Below are positions 21,708 through 32,793 of a stretch of DNA of 64,000 nucleotides, piece by piece (the first letter of the stretch is position 1; each line of letters begins with the position of its first letter). The notes below the pieces were generated by a model that saw only the letters and a list, made by a program, of their open reading frames with translations, was not told the DNA's origin and searched no databases. The position numbers were made by a program, and so were the translations under genes. The DNA lies in NCBI GenBank assembly GCA_963751345.1, contig CAVVUS010000038.1, positions 32,001-96,000 on the forward strand, in the 5' to 3' direction. This stretch comes from an uncultured Chloroflexia bacterium. GTDB lineage: Bacteria; Chloroflexota; Anaerolineae; B4-G1; SLSP01.

Positions 21708-22745
21708 TCAGTCGACGCTGAGGCTGCCCGATCCCTGGTCGACCGCAAGTTCGATCTGGTGGGTAGCGGCGTCGAAGCCCGGTGTCTCCCACACGCCGTC
21801 ACCATCCACCTTGCCGGAGATGAGGGTCAGCGTGTCACCTGGCCTGAAACTGCCGCTGCCGTGGTCCAGGGTCAGGCGCACTCCAACGTCTGAGGGCACG
21901 TGCAGGCGAAGTGCCCCGGAGCCCCCATCGACGTCGCCCGCGAAGCTCATCCGTGCGGGCAGGGTCAGGTCAACCGCGCCCGATCCCGCGTCCAGCTGTA
22001 GGCGATCGATGGCGAGGCCGGTGAGATCATAGTGACCGCTCCCGGAGCTTGCGTCGAGACGCAGATCAAGCGTTACGTCTGGGGAGAGCCCTACATCCCA
22101 CCTGTCCTGGCCATCGTCGAAGGTGAAGTTTCCGTAGGAGACACCTTGCAGGTAGGTGTCGAGCGTGATCGTCGCTTCGGAGCCCGACGAGTGGGCGTCA
22201 AACGCAAGCTTGCCCCGGTAGGCGATATCCGCTTCGATCACGTTCCCAGAATCCTCAAGTGCGCTGAGATAGCCAGGGGCGCTGGTCCAGTCAATGGTGA
22301 CCACAGCAGACTCAAGGCCGGTCGCGGGGTATTCGACGTGGTCGAACTGCAGGGTCGCGGGCCTGGCTAGATCCACGAGAAACGGCATCTGTTCGGCAAA
22401 CAGGGCGATGCCGATGGCGACCCCCACAAGTACGAGAACGAGCACGCCTCCTGCGACAGCCCCTGCGACCGACCGTCGTCCGATCAACACGTCGATTCCG
22501 AGGGCGATCACGGCGATGGGCCAGAAGCGCCACAGCACGGCCCATCCGGTCGCGGGAATGAGGCCAAGGTTGGATAGGAGCAGGAGGGCCCCGAACGCGA
22601 TCAACGCAATCGGCCAGAAGAAGGAGTGGCGGGCGCGACGCGCGCGAGTGTACTGGATTGCGCCCGGCACCGGGTGGGCGGCCGTCGGGAGCGGGCTATC
22701 AGGGCGCTTGTCTTCCTGTGGGGTGATCGTCTCTGGGTCTTGCAT
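21708..22745 (-). CDS. LiaF/DUF5668-like membrane protein with a C-terminal toast-rack (DUF2154/DUF4097-like) beta domain
   Basis: N-terminal FWPIALIAFGALLLLSNLG...WRFWP TM motif, then repeated DxGSG beta-strands. Confidence 0.7.
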   Translation of the reverse strand: MQDPETITPQEDKRPDSPLPTAAHPVPGAIQYTRARRARHSFFWPIALIAFGALLLLSNLGLIPATGWAVLWRFWPIAVIALGIDVLIGRRSVAGAVAGGVLVLVLVGVAIGIALFAEQMPFLVDLARPATLQFDHVEYPATGLESAVVTIDWTSAPGYLSALEDSGNVIEADIAYRGKLAFDAHSSGSEATITLDTYLQGVSYGNFTFDDGQDRWDVGLSPDVTLDLRLDASSGSGHYDLTGLAIDRLQLDAGSGAVDLTLPARMSFAGDVDGGSGALRLHVPSDVGVRLTLDHGSGSFRPGDTLTLISGKVDGDGVWETPGFDAATHQIELAVDQGSGSLSVD

Positions 22746-22825
22746 TATCTCCTCCGTATATGCCGGTTATGTACTACCTACTACGCGGCAACTGTGCGGA
22801 GGTTGCAGGCCGCTTCCGCGATTCG

Positions 22826-25220
22826 TCAGTCCTCCGTTCGAGGAACCTGTGGCTCGGGGAGTTCGCAGCTAAGCTCCACACCCTCGGGGTGGAGGGCCAG
22901 GAACACTTTCTCACCGGACAGGGGCAAGTCTGAGAACCGAACACCTGTTGCGGCGTAGAGGGCGTTTGCGATGGCCGGTGCTGTTTGGACCATCACATGC
23001 TCGCCTACCCCACGAGCGCCCCAGGGGCCGTCGTCGAGGGGCGTCTCGACGATGTCGCCGTGGATTTCACGCGGCGCGTCCATAGCGGTGGCGATCTTAT
23101 AGTCGACAAAGCTGGCGTTGATCGCGCGCCCCGCTGCATCGAACCGCAGTCCCTCAAACGCGGAACTCATCCCGTGGACGGCGCCGCCCTCGATCTGGGT
23201 CAGGACCAAGTCCGGGTTGATGGCCTTTCCGACGTCATACGCACTGGCGATCTTCAGGATGTCGATGGCGCCCGTCTCAGTGTCGACCTCCAAGTCCACC
23301 GCCTGGGCACCCACCGTATAGTGCACCACGGCGCGGGTCCCCTGCCCGGTCTCGGGGTCAAGCCCCGTGACGTAGGTCGGCATGAACTTCCCCGATCCTA
23401 CGACGGGTCCACCCTGCCAACCCTCGAACCCCTCGTTGGGCAGGCCGTAGATGACCATATGATTGAGGGGCTGCTCTCTCTCGGTGCGATAGGAGACGAC
23501 GACGCCATCCTTGATGTCGAGATCGTCGGGGTCCTCGTCCCAGTACTCGCGCTACGATGTCGAGTATCTTGACGCGGGCATCCTCCGCGGCAGCCTTGAC
23601 CGCGTTGCCCATCGACCACGTGAGCCGACTTGCGACTGTTTGCCACTCATATGGGCTGTACTTCGTGTCCACGGGGTTGGCCGAGACCCGGACCCAGGCG
23701 TAGGGAACGCCCAGGGCTTCTGCGGCGATCTGGGCTGCGACCGTGAACGCCCCCTGCCCGATCTCCTGGCCTCCGACGTAGACGTTGACCGTGGCGTCCT
23801 CGTTGAAGCGGACAATGGCCGAGCTGCCGGGGTTCGGCGGCATCGCGGGCGCTTTCCACATGATGGCGATCCCTCTGCCGCGCTTCTTGGTCGGGCTCGA
23901 GGGTCTGGGACTGTCCTCCCAGCCGATGGCCTGTGTGACCCTGTCAATGCAGGTGGGCAGGTCTACCTGCGGCATTGCCATCCCGGTGAGGATCGTGTCG
24001 CCCGTGCGCACGCAATTCCGGCGCCGGAAATCGGCGGGGTCCATGCCGATCCTCGTCGCGAGCTGATCCATGATCTGCTCGATGCCCCAGTGAATCTCGG
24101 GCATGCCGAATCCGCGCATCGCGCTGCCGATGGGATGGTTGGTGTAAACGCAGAGAGAATCACCTTTGACATTGGGGACGTCATAGGGGCCGGTGCAAGA
24201 GTAACCCGCAGCACGGGCGATGTTGACGCCATAGTCGTTGTAGGCGCCACCGCCGAAGTAGTAGGCCACTTCCATTGCGAGGAGACTGCCTTCAGCGTCA
24301 CATCCAATCTTGTACATCGCCACGAGGCTCTGACGGACATTGGTGGCGACGAACTCCTCCTCACGCGTCATCCGCACCTTGACCGGGCGCCCCTTCACCG
24401 CTCGCGCCAGCAGGGCGACGTTGGCCTCGATGGAGATGCCGGCCTTGCCCCCGAAACCGCCGCCGACGTAAGGCGATATCACGCGGACGTCGCCATGGGG
24501 AATGCCGAGGCTTTGGGCCAGTAGGTCGCGCTGTGCGAACGGCGACTGCGAAGCTGCCCAGACGGTGAGCTCATCAGAAGGGTCCCATCGGGCGATGGCC
24601 ACGTGGGTCTCGATCGGGGCGTGCTGGATCTGGGGTAAGGTGTACGTTCCCTCGACGATGGCAGCGCAGCGGGGCCAGGCCTCGTCCACGTCCCCCTTCC
24701 GGAGCTTGAAGTGCTCCGAGACATTGGTGCCGGGCACAGGGAAGATGAAGTTGACGACTTCGTAATCACCAAGGTCGGGATGGATCAGGGGGGCATCCGG
24801 CTGCGCGGCCTCGTAGGGATCGAAGACCGGCGGCAGCGGCTCGTAGTCCACGTGCACGAGTGCCGCGGCGCGCTCGGCAATCTCCTCGCTGACCGCGACA
24901 ACGCCGGCGACCGACTCTCCCACGTACCTCACACGGTCGTAAGCAAAGATGAAGCGATCTTTGAGATAGAGGCCCAGGCGGGTGGGGTTGTCCTGCCCGG
25001 TCACCACCGCCTTGACGCCGGGGAGCGCACGGGCCTGGCTAATATCGATGTTCTTGATCAGGCCGTGGGCGACGGGGCTGTGGATGATCTTGCCGTAGAG
25101 CAGGCCAGGCCCAAACGCCATGTCGTCCACGAACCTGGCGGAGCCTGTCACTTTGTCAACGGCGTCGACGCGCCGCACGCTTTGGCCGACAGGGCCACCT
25201 GTTTGCTTGGTGGGCATCAC
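22826..25220 (-). CDS. Xanthine dehydrogenase-family molybdopterin-binding (large) subunit, frameshifted near 23550
   Basis: RVDAVDKVTG, QHAPIETH, VGGGFGGK, AMRGFG, EIGQG, QTVASR, DVGKAINP, QIEGG and GARGVGE (catalytic Glu). Confidence 0.92.
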
Positions 25221-25240
25221 GCCATCCTCCTCTCAGCCGG

Positions 25241-25711
25241 TCAGGACAGCTCCGAGGCAGCCTGGACCGCCTCAATGATCCGCAAATAGCCCGTGCAACG
25301 ACACAGGTTGCCGACCAGCGCGGTGCGGATCTCGTCTTCGGTCGGATGGGGAACACGATCGAGGAGCGCCTTCGCAGACATGAGCATGCCAGGGGTGCAG
25401 AAACCGCATTGGATGGCATTGTGCTCGATGAAGGCTTCCTGGAGCGGGTGTAGGCTGCCGCCCGCACTGAGGCCCTCCACAGTCTCGATCTCAGCGCCAT
25501 CGGCCTCCGGCGCAAGTACCATACACGAGTTGACAGGCAGTCCGTTCACGATGACCGTGCAGGCGCCGCACTCTCCATTCTCGCAGCCCCTCTTGGGACT
25601 GGTGATGCCGAGCGACTCTCGAAGCACTTCCAGCAAGGTCTGGTTTGACCTGACGGCAACGGTGTAGGGGTCGCCATTGACCGTGATCGAGATCTCATGT
25701 AGCATCGGCAA
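25241..25711 (-). CDS. Xanthine dehydrogenase-family 2Fe-2S subunit
   Basis: GCENGECGACTV...NSC, QCGFCTPG and GNLCRCTGY. Confidence 0.95.
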   Translation of the reverse strand: MPMLHEISITVNGDPYTVAVRSNQTLLEVLRESLGITSPKRGCENGECGACTVIVNGLPVNSCMVLAPEADGAEIETVEGLSAGGSLHPLQEAFIEHNAIQCGFCTPGMLMSAKALLDRVPHPTEDEIRTALVGNLCRCTGYLRIIEAVQAASELS

Positions 25712-25717
25712 CTCCTT

Positions 25718-25775
25718 CGTTTGAGCGTTTCAACGTTGACGCGTTGGGACGTGCTAACGTGTCAACGTGGAAACG
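25718..25775. repeat. Degenerate 8-bp periodic repeat (CGT-N5) forming a hairpin
   Basis: CGT occurs at 25718, 25726, 25734, 25742, 25750, 25758 and 25766, an exact 8-bp period. ACGTTGACGCGTT pairs with AACGTGTCAACGT. Confidence 0.75.
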
Positions 25776-26643
25776 ATCCTCTTGATGGCCCGGCGGCTGA
25801 GGGTAATGACCATCGCCTGGCGGTACTCGAGCCCGGATCGGATATCGGAGATCGGACAGCAGCAGCCATAGGCCGAGGCGGCGGCACGGTCGATGGCCGT
25901 CATCGTCGAGGCTGTGTTGCAGGATGGCCTCCGACTCGGTCGATCGCAGCGGCGTAGGCCCGACGGCACCGAGGGCGAGGCGCCAAGCATAGGTGCCATC
26001 CGTCTGGTGCTGCCATCACGGCGACACTTACGATGGACAGATCGCCCGCCTTGCGCCTGCTCAGCTTCTCGTGGTAGCTAAGCGCTCCGGCGGGAGGCGT
26101 GGGGATCATCAGCCCTGCGACAAGCTCGCCACGACGCAGGGCGTTGTGCCGCGGCCCGACGAAGAAGTGGGAGACCGGCAACGAACGGTCTCCCTCTGGT
26201 CCCCGGATCAGCACCATAGCCTCGAGGACGTAGAGCGCGGGCGCGGTGTCGGCGGCGGGCGAGGCAGTGCAGATATTCCCCCCGATCGTCGCGCGGTTCC
26301 TGACTTGTTCGTTGCCCACCGAGGCCGCTGCCTGTGCCAGAAGCTCCCAGCGGCTCCTTACGATCTCGGACCTTGCCAGCTCATTCATGCTGACGGCAGC
26401 GCCGACGCGCAGACAGGTCGACGGAGCGTTGCCACAACCGGGTCCGCCGTCAACACACAATAGGTCGTGCATGCCGGGCAGGCCCTTGATATCGACCACG
26501 ACGTCGGGCGCCAGACGACCATCGCGGATGAGTGGGATCACGTCGGTGGTGCCGGCGACGGGCACCACGATTCTGCCCGGTTGGGCAAGAAGCTCGAAGG
26601 CTTCCTCGAAGCTCGTCGGTCGGTGGTAGTCAAATGGCTGCAT
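25754..26643 (-). CDS. Xanthine dehydrogenase-family FAD-binding subunit, frameshifted near 25900-26000
   Basis: MQPFDYHRPTS, VAGTTD, QVRNRATIGGNICTASPAAD and C-terminal PISDIRSGLEYR. Confidence 0.9.
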
Positions 26644-26703
26644 CGCGCTCGCCTCCTGCCCCGCTGGAGACCGGACCGCGGTCCGGTCTCCATCAGGTAC
26701 GAC

Positions 26704-28045
26704 TTACTCTGTCGCGACGTTTCCGGGTGGAAAGAGGACGAAAATCAGGTTAAGCAGTATGCCGACGACCGCACCGGTAGCGATAGCGGGGAGCCCGTCC
26801 GGGAAGATACCGGGGACCGTGATCGCGATGAATCCGCCTCCCAGGATCTGCCCGCCGATCGCGATGATCGTCACGACGGCACCGACGGCCAGTTGGCGAG
26901 GATCAAAGAGGTTCACCTTCTCTGACTGGATCAGCGCGATACCTTGCATTCCGATCACGCCGAAGAGGTAGATGGCGAGACCCCCGGTGACCGCGGTCGG
27001 GATCGTGTTCACCATAGCCGTGAGCTTGCCGATGAAGCCAAGGAGTATGGCGATCGCCGCGGCCATCGAGGAGTGCGGGGCCGGAGTAGTTGCGAGTGAT
27101 GGCCATCAGGGAGTTGTTCTCGCCGTAGTTTGTCCCAGCCACGCCGCCGAAGAGCCCGTTGATGAAGTCGCCCAGGCCGTCCAGTACCAGGTTCTTGCCG
27201 ATGTGCTGGCTCAGCTCGTAGCGCTTCTTCCCCAGGTTATCGGCCAGGGTGTCGACGTAGAGGCTGATCTGGTAGAGGTGCGCGGTCGACTCCGGGATGG
27301 TTGCGATGGCGATAACTGCGATGGCAGCCACCGACTCCCACGCCCTGGGATCCCCGAACGCGGGTAGGGTGAACCTCGGGATCGCGAAGAAGCTGGCGGC
27401 TCCGACCGACGTCAGGTCCACCAGGCCGAAGGGGATGCTCACGAGGTAACCAAAGACCGCGCCCAAGAGAATCGGCAAGAGCCCGATGAAGCCTCTGCCC
27501 TGCAGATAGACCGAGAAGACGATCGTGGCCAACAGGGTCAGAATGGCGACGATCCAGTTGGCGGACGCCATATCCAGAGCAGAGCCCCCCAGCGTGACGC
27601 CGATGACCAACGCAACGGACCCGGTCAGCACAGGCGGGAGAACCTTGTCCAGGAACGCCTTGCCCGCCCAGACGATGATGAAGCCGACCACGATGTTGGC
27701 CAGGCCGGTGGCTACGATACCGACCTGCGCGAGGCGCACGGCCTCGCCGGCGTATTGGCCGAACTGGGCGTGCGTGAGTGTGAGCGTCGCGGCGATGTAG
27801 CTGAATGATGAGCCGTAGTAGAGTGGGATGAACTTGCCGATCCACACGTACGAGAGCACCAGTGCTACGGCGGTCGCCACGCCGGATACCGTCAGGACGG
27901 TGCCGACATCAAAACCTACAAGTAGTGCAACGAGAACGGTCGCGGGGAACATCGTCAGCACGTGCTGGAAACCGAGCAGCACGAGCTGGCCCACCGGGGG
28001 GGCGTCGTTAGGAAGGAACCCCCACACCTTGCGCTTCTCTGCCAT
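26704..28045 (-). CDS. NCS2 nucleobase:cation symporter, UraA/PyrP-like, frameshifted near 27065
   Basis: GFQHVLTMF (QH motif), YGSSFSYI, PPVLTG, IPESTAH and the NAT signature TNYGENNSLMAITRNYS. Confidence 0.9.
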
Positions 28046-28183
28046 TTGAGACCTCCTACTTGGCTACGGATAATGGTTGGCTGGAAGGGAAAAACGATGA
28101 CTGCCGCCAAGGTTATGCCACAGATTGCCTATTGATCACCCCCTTTCTCGATGTCTCGCCGCTGCCCCAGAAGCCTCGCAGAG

Positions 28184-28534
28184 CTAGAGCGGCTCATACT
28201 TGAGCCCGAAGACCGGCTCGCCGGACACATAGCGTACCGGCTCCCAACTGGGCTTCAGCGCGATGCCGGTATGGATACCTTCGAGGGACTCAGCCTTGAT
28301 CTGTCCCATGGCCTTGATCCCGTTGTCGAACTGCGCAATGCCGATGATCAGGAATCGCTCGTCGAACCCCCAGGGAAGGTTGAAGATCTGCGTGTAGGCC
28401 AGCAGCGTCGCGTTGCCCTCAGGTGCGATCTCCTCGAAGTCCCTATGGTGGCACTCCAGGCATCGTTCGTGTCGTGGGTAGTGGATGTGCCCGCAGTGCT
28501 TACACTTGTACCCCGTGATCTTGATCTCACTCAT
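28184..28534 (-). CDS. DUF35 Zn-ribbon/OB-fold protein (thiolase partner)
   Basis: CKHCG...CLECH zinc ribbon followed by an OB-fold (AYTQI). It lies immediately downstream of the thiolase gene. Confidence 0.85.
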   Translation of the reverse strand: MSEIKITGYKCKHCGHIHYPRHERCLECHHRDFEEIAPEGNATLLAYTQIFNLPWGFDERFLIIGIAQFDNGIKAMGQIKAESLEGIHTGIALKPSWEPVRYVSGEPVFGLKYEPL

Positions 28535-28535
28535 C

Positions 28536-29762
28536 TCACACCTCTTCCCGGGACGCCCGCTTCAGCACCGTGGCCAGGACGTTGTTGCCGAACCCGCCGA
28601 AGTTCACGGCCAGACCCATCCTGAGCATCCTTGACCTGGCGGTCTGCCGGAAGCTCGTGTCGAAGCTGCCAGGTCAGGTCCACCACCTGTGCGACGCCGG
28701 TGGCGCCTACGGGATGCCCGCGTGCCTTGAGGCCGCCGGACACATTGATAGGGATCTTGCCCCCAAGCCGGGTCTCGCCTCCGAGGGCAGCCTTCCCACC
28801 CTCGCCCTTGGCGAAGAAGCCAACGTGCTCGCTCTCCGCGATTTCCAGGATGGTGAAGGCGTCGTGGAGTTCGGCCACGTCGACGTCCTCCGGTCTCGCC
28901 TTCGCCCGAGCAAATGCCTGTCGAGCGGCCAAGGTGACGGCCTTCAGGTCGGTTGGGTCATCACGCTCCTGTAGCGTGTGGGTGTCGGTCGCCTGTCCGA
29001 TCCCCGCGACAACCACGGGTATCCTCTTCGTCAGCTCGGCTGCCATAGCCAGCGGGCAAAGGAGCACGGCGGCAGCCCCGTCACTGACCGGGCATGCATC
29101 ATAGAGGTGCAGCGGGTCAGCGACCGTGCGGGTTGTTGACGACCGAGTGTGGGCTGTCCAGGATGCCCTCCTTGGTGATGAGCATCTCCACGTGTGCGTA
29201 GGGGTTGAGTGCGCCCATCTCCTGGTTCTTGATGGCGACGGCCACGAGCATCTCTCGGGTCAGCCCGTACCTCTCCATGTAGAGCCGGGTGAACATCCCC
29301 GCCATCCCCGGCAAAGTGATGCCGTAGGGGTACTCGACGCGAGGGTGGGTCAGCGTGGCCACGAAGTCGGTGGCACGCCAGCCCGTGACCTCGCGCATCT
29401 TCTCCCCCCCGGCAACGAGAACCACGTCGGCGTAACCCGAGGCGACAGCCTGCACCCCATTCTTGATCGGCGGAGGCCCCCGAGGCCGGCCCGTTCTCGA
29501 CGAGGTCGGCTGCCGCGGGTAACAGCGCCAGGCGGTCCACCAGCGCGCTCGCAATGCCCGTCTGGTGTTGGAGGATTCCGCCCCCCATATTGGCCACGTA
29601 GACCGCATCGACCGCGGCCTTGTTCCCCAGAGCCGCATCGTCCAGGGCCTTGAGCGAGGCATACGCCAGCATATCCACCAGGGTATCCTGGTCGCGGCGA
29701 CCAAAGGGGATCATGCCCACGCCGATGATCGCGACCTCCCTGCCGTACGTCGTGTCTGCCAT
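28536..29762 (-). CDS. SCP2/archaeal-type thiolase-fold protein lacking the nucleophilic Cys, about 3 frameshifts
   Basis: VAIIGVGM, VENGPASG (canonical VExxCASG), GGEKM, NPYAH, ELHDAF, SGGLKARGHPVGATG and C-terminal VNFGGFGNN. Assembled from ORFs 29031..29762, 29117..29704 and 28531..29067. Confidence 0.85.
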
Positions 29763-29765
29763 GCC

Positions 29766-30457
29766 TTACCTCCCCTTCAGCCCTGCGATTTTCTCGCGGA
29801 TCATCGCCTCATCGGCGATGACGATCTCTTGCTCCGCAAGGGCCAGCAGATCCTCGGGAACGGGCCGGTCACCGACTACGAGCCGATCCTTGCTGGCGAA
29901 GTAGAGGTCGCGGGTCAGCCGGTACGATGGCGCGCCACCCAGTTCGTGCGGAATGGTCGTCGGCTCCAGGCCATATTCGGTCATCCAGCGGCGGAACCCG
30001 ATTGGGCTCTCGGCGACGATCAGTACCTCATCCTGGCCCAGATACTCGATGTGATGCTCCATCTTCGCCGCGAAGAGGTGCGCGCCGATGCGCAGCCCGC
30101 GATCGATGGCCAGCGTGTGCAGGCTCATACCCGTCCCCTGGGTGTACATCCGGCTGTTGACCAGCCCGGCCAATATGCCGTCGACCTGTCCGATCAGACA
30201 GAACTCGTTCTGGACGCGGTAGTACTGCCACGCGAGAAGCTCGGCGTAGACGCGGGCGCCCACGACATTGTAGTAGTCCCGGTCGATGAAGAGCGTCGGA
30301 TGCACGACCTTCAGCAGCGTCGGCACGTCCTCGCGCTGTCACCTCGCGCACGACCATACGCTTCCCATTGGCCAGCGTGATGACCTTGGGAGGGTAGGGC
30401 GGTTGCGGGATACTCCGGCGGTCGGAGGATGGCCTCCAATTCCATGTCAACTGCCAT
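29766..30457 (-). CDS. Uncharacterised GNAT-fold-like protein, frameshifted near 30340-30420
   Basis: ATG at 30457 follows AAGGAG. Pieces include KVITLANGKRMVVRE, LIGQVDGILAGLVNSR and SLHTLAIDRGLRIGAHLF (resembles GNAT motif A, R-G-x-x-I-G). Confidence 0.55.
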
Positions 30458-30461
30458 CGTT

Positions 30462-31341
30462 CTAGCTCCTTGCTCTTACCTGGCGGTTGAGGCTCTCAAC
30501 GTGTGCCGGGTTGTAGGCGTCACCGAACTTGGTCTTGGGCAGGCCGGCCTTCGTCGCCATCAGCGGCGTCGTAGCGATCGTCCTCCAGGAAGGCGACACA
30601 TCGGCCGATACTCGACTCCCCGTCGACGAAGCGCCACGGGAAGAACCCGATCTGCACGCGTTGGTTGACCAGCAGGTCGATCTCCCCGCCGATACACTCG
30701 GCGTGGATGATCCCCTCGGGGAACATCTCGATGTGCATCAACTGATACTTCGTGTCATCGAAGACGTCGGCCAGACCGGCGCCGTACTTCGCCTGGAAGT
30801 GTGCCTCTGCCTCACGCGCCTGGCGCGGCATCCAGTCGCGGATGATGGTGTTCATCGGATGGTCCGCGCTGCCGCAGTCGACGCCGATCCAGCGCAGCTT
30901 CTTCTCCTTGGCCCAGATCGCGAACTCACGGTCGGGTCCGGGGTGCTGGACCATGTAGCGGATCTCGTTGGCGGTCGGCATGTCCCACCCGAAGTGGTGG
31001 AAGCCCGTGTGGATGATCAGGATGTCGCCCTCCTTCACCTCCACCCGATCCTCGATCATCTTCGACGTGTAGATGTCGTAATCTGCGACGACGTCCGAGA
31101 GATCGACGACCGCGGCCTCGTGGACCAGGTAGTCCATCTGAAGGTCGGCGATGTCCTTGCCGGCGGTGAAGAAGTGGATCTCACCGTCGAGATGCGTTCC
31201 CAGGTGGTTGGAGTGGGTCACCACCTGACCGTTGGCGCCGTTGGGCGCCAGTCGCTTGAAGTACTTCACCTGGAGTGGCTCATAGGTCGGCCACGGCGGG
31301 GTACCAATGCCCAGCGGAATAGTAAGGTCCAGTAGCTTCAT
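30462..31341 (-). CDS. Cyclase family (kynurenine formamidase/isatin hydrolase-like) metal-dependent amidohydrolase, frameshift near C-terminus
   Basis: LLDLTIPL, HSNHLGTHLDG (HxGTHxD), ILIIHTG, IGVDCGSADH, HAE and GESSIGR. Confidence 0.9.
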
Positions 31342-31354
31342 CTCTCACACCCTC

Positions 31355-32773
31355 CTATCGAGTTCTTGGGTCTATGCAGACAGCCTTCAGTGCATCGAAC
31401 GCCTGTTCGAAGCATTCCCGTGGAGCGCGGACGAGTCCGGCCCCCACCATTCCGATGCCCGGTTGCTTGTGGGCGATGCCCGTGTTGATGAAGGGCAGGA
31501 TGCCTGTAGCCATCACCTTGCGCACGTCAATGCCCAGCGGCGTTCCGCGGAAGTCGAGCACGGGCACGGTGAACGACTCGTGCTCTCCAGCCGTGATCTC
31601 GTACATTTCGCTCGTGACACTCAACGCTAGGCTGGCGGTGCCGCCGACAAAGCGCACGATCGCGGGAGCTGCCGCCATCGCAAACCCTCCGAGACCGCCC
31701 GTCTCGGTGATGCTGGAGTCCCCAATGTCGGGGTTGGCATCCTCTGCTGTGAAACCCGGGAGCCACATACCATCGACGACCGGCGCGGGCGCGGTGAACC
31801 ACCGGTCGGGAAGGCCGGCAACGCGTATCCCGAAGTCGGTTCCGTTCCGCGCCATCACGGTGACCAGCGAGCTGCCCTCAACCGTCTCTGCCGGCTCCAG
31901 CATCGCCTTGACCGTAGCCATGGAGAGGTTGAGGAAGAAGTGATCGTTGCTGTCGATGAACCGGAGCACACGGCTGGCGATGGCCTTGGTTGTTACCCCG
32001 ATCAGGGTCGGCGCGATCTGGCGTATCAGGAGCGACGTGGCGGCCCGGTTGCGGTTGTGGACTTCGTCGCCCATATGCAGGGCCTGTGCGATGATGCTAC
32101 GAAGGTCGATGGGGCCGGTCTTGGCGATCGTCCGTCGCAGCGTGGGATAGAGGTCGGACTCCATCCACTTCAGGTGGTCGAGGACGTCATCGCCATAGGC
32201 CCCGTAGCGGAGCACGCGGCCCAGGCCCTCATTCTGAGTCGCGTAGGCCCTGTTGCCGAAGGTCTCGTTCTCGACGATGAACACGGGCATTGAGGGCGAG
32301 ACGATGCCGGCCATGGGCCCTACCGTGTGGTGGTGATGACAGGGGTCGAATGCGATGGCGCCGGACGCGGCGAGGTCGGCGGCGGCCTCGTACGACTCCG
32401 CCCAGCCCTCATAGACGATCGCCCCCATCACGGCGCCGCGCTGGGGCCCACACATCCGATCCCAGGTGATAGGGGGCCCGGCGTGAAGGATCATGCGTTC
32501 CTCCATACCGGGGATCGTGTTCTTGGCGACGCCCATGCCCACCAACAGCGGGCGGCTGCTGCGGATCCTATCGATGGCCTCTGCGTTGGCCGCATCGATG
32601 TCGACGCCCTGCCTGGTGGTGGTCAATGGCACAAATCCCGCTAGCGGTGGACGCCAGTCGACGTGGATCACCTCCGCACTCTGAGCCCTGAGACTCTCGC
32701 TGAAGTCCTCCAGGCCGACGTTGATGGCCCTAATCGGTTGGTCGAACAGGTCGTGGATTGCCATAGTCTTCAC
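31355..32773 (-). CDS. DUF1116 family protein (YlbE/YahG; AllG-like)
   Basis: VDWRPP, ILHAGPP, PCHHH..VGPMAG, NEGLG..LRYG, MGDEVHNRN, NDHFFLN, RNGTDFGI, DIGDSSITE and INTGIAH. Confidence 0.92.
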   Translation of the reverse strand: MKTMAIHDLFDQPIRAINVGLEDFSESLRAQSAEVIHVDWRPPLAGFVPLTTTRQGVDIDAANAEAIDRIRSSRPLLVGMGVAKNTIPGMEERMILHAGPPITWDRMCGPQRGAVMGAIVYEGWAESYEAAADLAASGAIAFDPCHHHHTVGPMAGIVSPSMPVFIVENETFGNRAYATQNEGLGRVLRYGAYGDDVLDHLKWMESDLYPTLRRTIAKTGPIDLRSIIAQALHMGDEVHNRNRAATSLLIRQIAPTLIGVTTKAIASRVLRFIDSNDHFFLNLSMATVKAMLEPAETVEGSSLVTVMARNGTDFGIRVAGLPDRWFTAPAPVVDGMWLPGFTAEDANPDIGDSSITETGGLGGFAMAAAPAIVRFVGGTASLALSVTSEMYEITAGEHESFTVPVLDFRGTPLGIDVRKVMATGILPFINTGIAHKQPGIGMVGAGLVRAPRECFEQAFDALKAVCIDPRTR

Positions 32774-32793
32774 TCCTTCCCGACAGCGGGCCG

